Origin: an uncultured delta proteobacterium
Lineage (GTDB): Bacteria; Desulfobacterota; Desulfuromonadia; Geobacterales; Pseudopelobacteraceae
Length of the DNA stretch: 64,000 bases
Direction: 5' to 3'
Assembly (NCBI GenBank): GCA_963772835.1
Contig: CAVYYZ010000002.1
Span: 32,001-96,000, forward strand
The notes under the pieces were generated by a model. That model did no database searches. It was not told where the DNA came from and saw only the letters and a list, made by a program, of their open reading frames with translations. A program made the translations under genes and the position numbers. Each line of letters starts with the position of its first letter. The stretch's first letter is position 1. Positions 60,565 through 64,000 of this stretch are shown in pieces.

Positions 60565-63500
60565 TTATCTGAAATCATCCGGAACCGATGCATCAATCTG
60601 CGATAAAATTTCATCATCTGTGTAGTGTTTCAGTTTGATCGCAGCGGTCGGACATTTGGCGTTACAGAGACCGTCACCCTTGCAGAGAATCGCATTCACA
60701 ATGGCCTTTTTACCCTTCGGGGTATCGTGGAACTCTATGGCACCGTAGGTACAGGCGGTGATGCAGGCTCCGCACGAGATACAGTCGTTGTTCATCCACT
60801 TCGCACACCGCGCCGGAGGCGGTGACGGTGTCACCGGTGAGAAGATTGATGGTTCGACCGGCAGCTCCGTAGGCCTGGCTGATGGTTTCCGACAGGTGCT
60901 TCGGATAGTGGGCAAGCCCGCACAGGAAAACGCCGTCGGCAGCAAAATCAACCGGCCTGAGTTTCACGTGGGCTTCCTGGAAGAAACCATCCGGGTTCAT
61001 GGCTACCTTGAACAGCTTGGCCATCTGCTGGGTTGATGCCGAAGGAATAATTGCCGCCGCCAGAACGAGCAGATCGGCATCGATTGCGAGCAGCTGACCC
61101 AGAATCGGATCCTTGACCGTTACCCTGATAATCGGCTGACCACCCTCCATCGCCTGTTCAGCAATCGGCTTATCAGCCGGTTCATAGCGGATGAACTTGA
61201 CATCTTTTTCAGAGGCCTCCCGATAGTAATCCTCTTTAAATCCATAGGTCCGCATATCCCGGAACAGGACATAGATATCCATCCCGGGGTTGGTCTCTTT
61301 CAGTTTCAGGGCGTTCTTGATGGACTGGCTGCAGCAGACCCGGCTGCAGTAGTTCCTGTCGGTCTGTCGGCAGCCGACACACTGGATCATTACCAGGCTC
61401 TGTGCGTTCAGTACCTGCCCGTCCTTTTTAGCGATACGGTCTTCCAGTTCGAGCGATGTCATCACCCGGTCATCCTGCCCGTACAGGTATTCGGTCGGTT
61501 TGTACTCATCTGCACCGGTGGCGATGATTGCAGCACCATGGAGTATCTCTCTGGGTCTGCCTTCGGAAATGACTTTAGTTACGAAATTCCCCACATACCC
61601 GGAAACGTCGGTGATGGCGGCGTCAAGATAGACGTGAATACCGGGGTGACGATACACGTTGCGGACAAGATCATCAAGAAACGGCTGAACATCAACTCCA
61701 TCAAGGGTGTAATGGATCCGCCGCGCCATACCTCCAAGGTCGCCCGATTTCTCCAGCAGGTACACTTCAAAGCCGACGTTGGCCATGTTCAGGGCGCTGG
61801 TCATGCCTGCGACACCGCCGCCAATCACCAGAGCAACCTTGGTAACCGGCAGCTGGAATTCCTGCAGCGGTTCCAGATGGCCGGCCCGCGCCACTGACAT
61901 CCGGACGATGTCCTTGGCCTTCTGGGTGGCGCCTTCTTTGTCCTTGGAGTGGAACCAGGAGCAATGTTCCCGGATATTCGCGAATTCAAAAAAGTACTGG
62001 TTGAGACCGGCCTCGCGGCAGGTATCCCGGAACAGCGGCTCGTGAGTCCGGGGAGTGCATGCCGCCAGAACCACGCGGTTGAGATTGTGTTCCACGATGG
62101 CATCCGCTATCAACTGGGCGTTCTCAGTGGAACAGGCGAACAGGTTCTCCTGGGAGTACACGACGTTAGGCAGATTGCCGGCATACTCGGCGACGGAAGG
62201 AGTATCAACCACCCGGCCGATGTTGGCTCCGCACAGGCAGGTGACGACCCCGATCCTGAGTTCTTCTCCGGAAACGTCCTTTTCGGGCGGGTAGACCCTT
62301 TCTCTGGATAAATCACCGCGGCGATAGGCCAGCAGATGGCTGCAGAGGGCATCGGCGCCGCTGGCGGTGACAACCGATTCCGGGATATCGACGGGACCCG
62401 CGAACGCGCCGCTGATAAAGATGCCCGGACGGGTGGTTTCGATCGGGTTCAGGGGGTTGGTTTTGCAGAAGCCGTGTTTGGTGAGTTCAATTCCAAAGGT
62501 GGTCGCCAGACCCTGGACATCGGCGGGCGGATTCAGGCCGACCGACAGAACCACCATGTCGAATTCCTCTTCCTTGACTCCGTCGTCAACCGTTGAGTAC
62601 CGGATGGTGACGTTTTTGCTGTCGGGACGTTCTGTGCCGATGGAGACATAGCTTCTGATGAATCTGACGTCCGGGAGGTTTTCCGCCCTTTGATAGAAAC
62701 GTTCGAAATCCTTGCCGAATGCCCTGATGTCGTTATGGAAGATCGTGGCTTCTATCCCGGCGTCGTGATCTTTGGTGAGGATGACCTGCTTCTGGGTGTA
62801 GGAGCAGCAGACGGCCGAACAGTAGCTGTTGCCGCCCGGGATAACCTGTCGGGAGCCGACGCACTGGATCCAGGCGATCTTCTCCGGATGCTTCTTGTCG
62901 GATGGACGACGTATCGTCCCTTCGTACGGCCCGGTAGAGCAGAGTATCCTTTCATAATCGAGGCTGGTTACGACGTTTTCCATTATGCCGTACCCGAAAT
63001 CGTTTCTCAGTGCGGGGTCGAATGTTTCAAACCCCGGGGAGAGAACTATGGCACCCACTTCCACTTCAATGAGCTCTTCTTCCTGATGGAGGTCTATGGC
63101 TCCCGGCTTGCAGACACCTGCGCAGATACTGCACGACCCGTCTTTGAGATAGAGGCATGTTTCAGGGTCTACATACGGTATCAGCGGCAGCGCCTGGGAA
63201 AAATAGATATGGATGGCTTTATTGGTGGACAGATTCTGATTATACGGGTCGGAAATCTTGACCGGACAGTATTCCACACAGATATTACAGCCGGTGCATT
63301 TTTCCTCAATAACGTATCTCGGCCTTTTTTTCAGGGTGACTTTGAAATTGCCCGGTTTTCCCTTCACGGTATCAACTTCAGTATAGGTCAGAATGCTGAT
63401 ATTGGGATGCCTGCTGCATTCATTGAACTTGGGTGATTCGATGCACATTGAGCAGTCATTTGAGGGAAAGGTCTTGTCCAGCTGCGACATCTTGCCGCCA

Positions 63501-63622
63501 ATGGCCGGTGACTTGTCAATCAGGTAGACCTTGAATCCCGAGTTGGCAAGATCGAGAGAGGCCTGAATGCCGCTGATCCCGCCACCGACAACTAACACAT
63601 CTATAAGGTTTTTTTCAGTCAT
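60565..63622 (-). CDS. bamE: BamE (HdrA-like flavo-Fe-S protein), +1 frameshift near 60790
   Basis: GGGISG, DKTFPSNDCSMC, QCVGSR, YCSAVCC, ACTPRTHE, second FAD domain. Removing one base gives VCEVDE-NDCISCGAC and a complete C-terminal ferredoxin. Confidence 0.88.
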
Positions 63623-63639
63623 ATCGTTTCCCTGTACGG

Positions 63640-64000
63640 CTAGATCAATTCCTGGATAATTTCCGTGATATCCCTGATCTCAAGAACGGCACCCTCATCA
63701 AGGGATAACCGGCTGTCTTCAAAGTTCGTAATGCAATAGGGACAGGAAGTAACCAGCACTTCGGCGCCGACAGCAATGGCCTGATCCAGCCTCAGGTCGG
63801 AAAACCGCTCACCTTTCGGGGTCTCCATCCAGATCCTGCCGCCACCGCCGCCGCAGCAGAGGCTGTTTTCCCGTGAATCAGGCATTTCGACAAGCTCCAG
63901 ACCGGAGATACTCTTCAGCACTTCCCGCGGCTCGTTAAAGATACCGTTATGGCGTCCCGCGTAACAAGGGTCATGGTAGGTGACTTTTTTTGCGTACTTC
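63640..64000 (-). CDS. bamD: BamD (HdrD-like CCG protein), 3' part only
   Basis: TYHDPCY.GRHN, CCGGGGG, TSCPYC; directly upstream of bamE. Confidence 0.82.
   Translation of the reverse strand, partial: KYAKKVTYHDPCYAGRHNGIFNEPREVLKSISGLELVEMPDSRENSLCCGGGGGRIWMETPKGERFSDLRLDQAIAVGAEVLVTSCPYCITNFEDSRLSLDEGAVLEIRDITEIIQELI

Overview
Anaerobic acyl-CoA and aromatic catabolism region. Gene content (class II benzoyl-CoA reductase bamD-I, bamA, IcmF cluster, selenocysteine use) suggests a Geobacteraceae/Desulfuromonadia genome; this is an inference. (1) 1-18.4 kb, + strand: (iso)butyrate/branched-chain acid cluster with icmF (5' truncated), nitroreductase, M24 peptidase, thiolase-hbd-crt-acyl-CoA dehydrogenase, membrane ETF:quinone oxidoreductase, etfBA, a short family III CoA-transferase/racemase-like protein, a second acyl-CoA dehydrogenase, GctAB-type CoA-transferase and a four-subunit Vor-type 2-oxoacid:ferredoxin oxidoreductase, ending at tRNA-Gln(CUG). 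(2) 19.1-23.9 kb, +: Liv-type ABC importer, with two genes frameshifted. (3) 24.0-47.0 kb, -: one co-directional 23-kb run starting at bamA. It encodes a non-decarboxylating-type glutaryl-CoA dehydrogenase, GcdA, an OadA-like carboxyltransferase with two biotinyl domains (no Na+-pump subunit in the window), a methyltransferase, a 2-hydroxyacyl-CoA dehydratase subunit and activator, ADP-forming acyl-CoA synthetase, CoA-transferase, PaaK-like ligase, IorAB, three ketopantoate-reductase-family paralogs, two ACT proteins and an AOR fused to a MoaD-like domain. (4) 47.5-56.2 kb, +: miscellaneous block including pcnB, ltaE and a hybrid kinase. (5) 56.2-64 kb, -: bamD(partial)-bamE-bamF(Sec)-bamG-bamH-bamI-thioesterase. 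The best novelty candidates are a soluble glutaconyl-CoA:pyruvate transcarboxylase, an uncharacterised aryl 2-oxo/2-hydroxy-acid module downstream of bamA, and a 28-bp promoter element shared by bamA, the ACT-KPR-AOR genes and, more weakly, the ABC importer. Product calls come from motifs read by eye; no searches were run.
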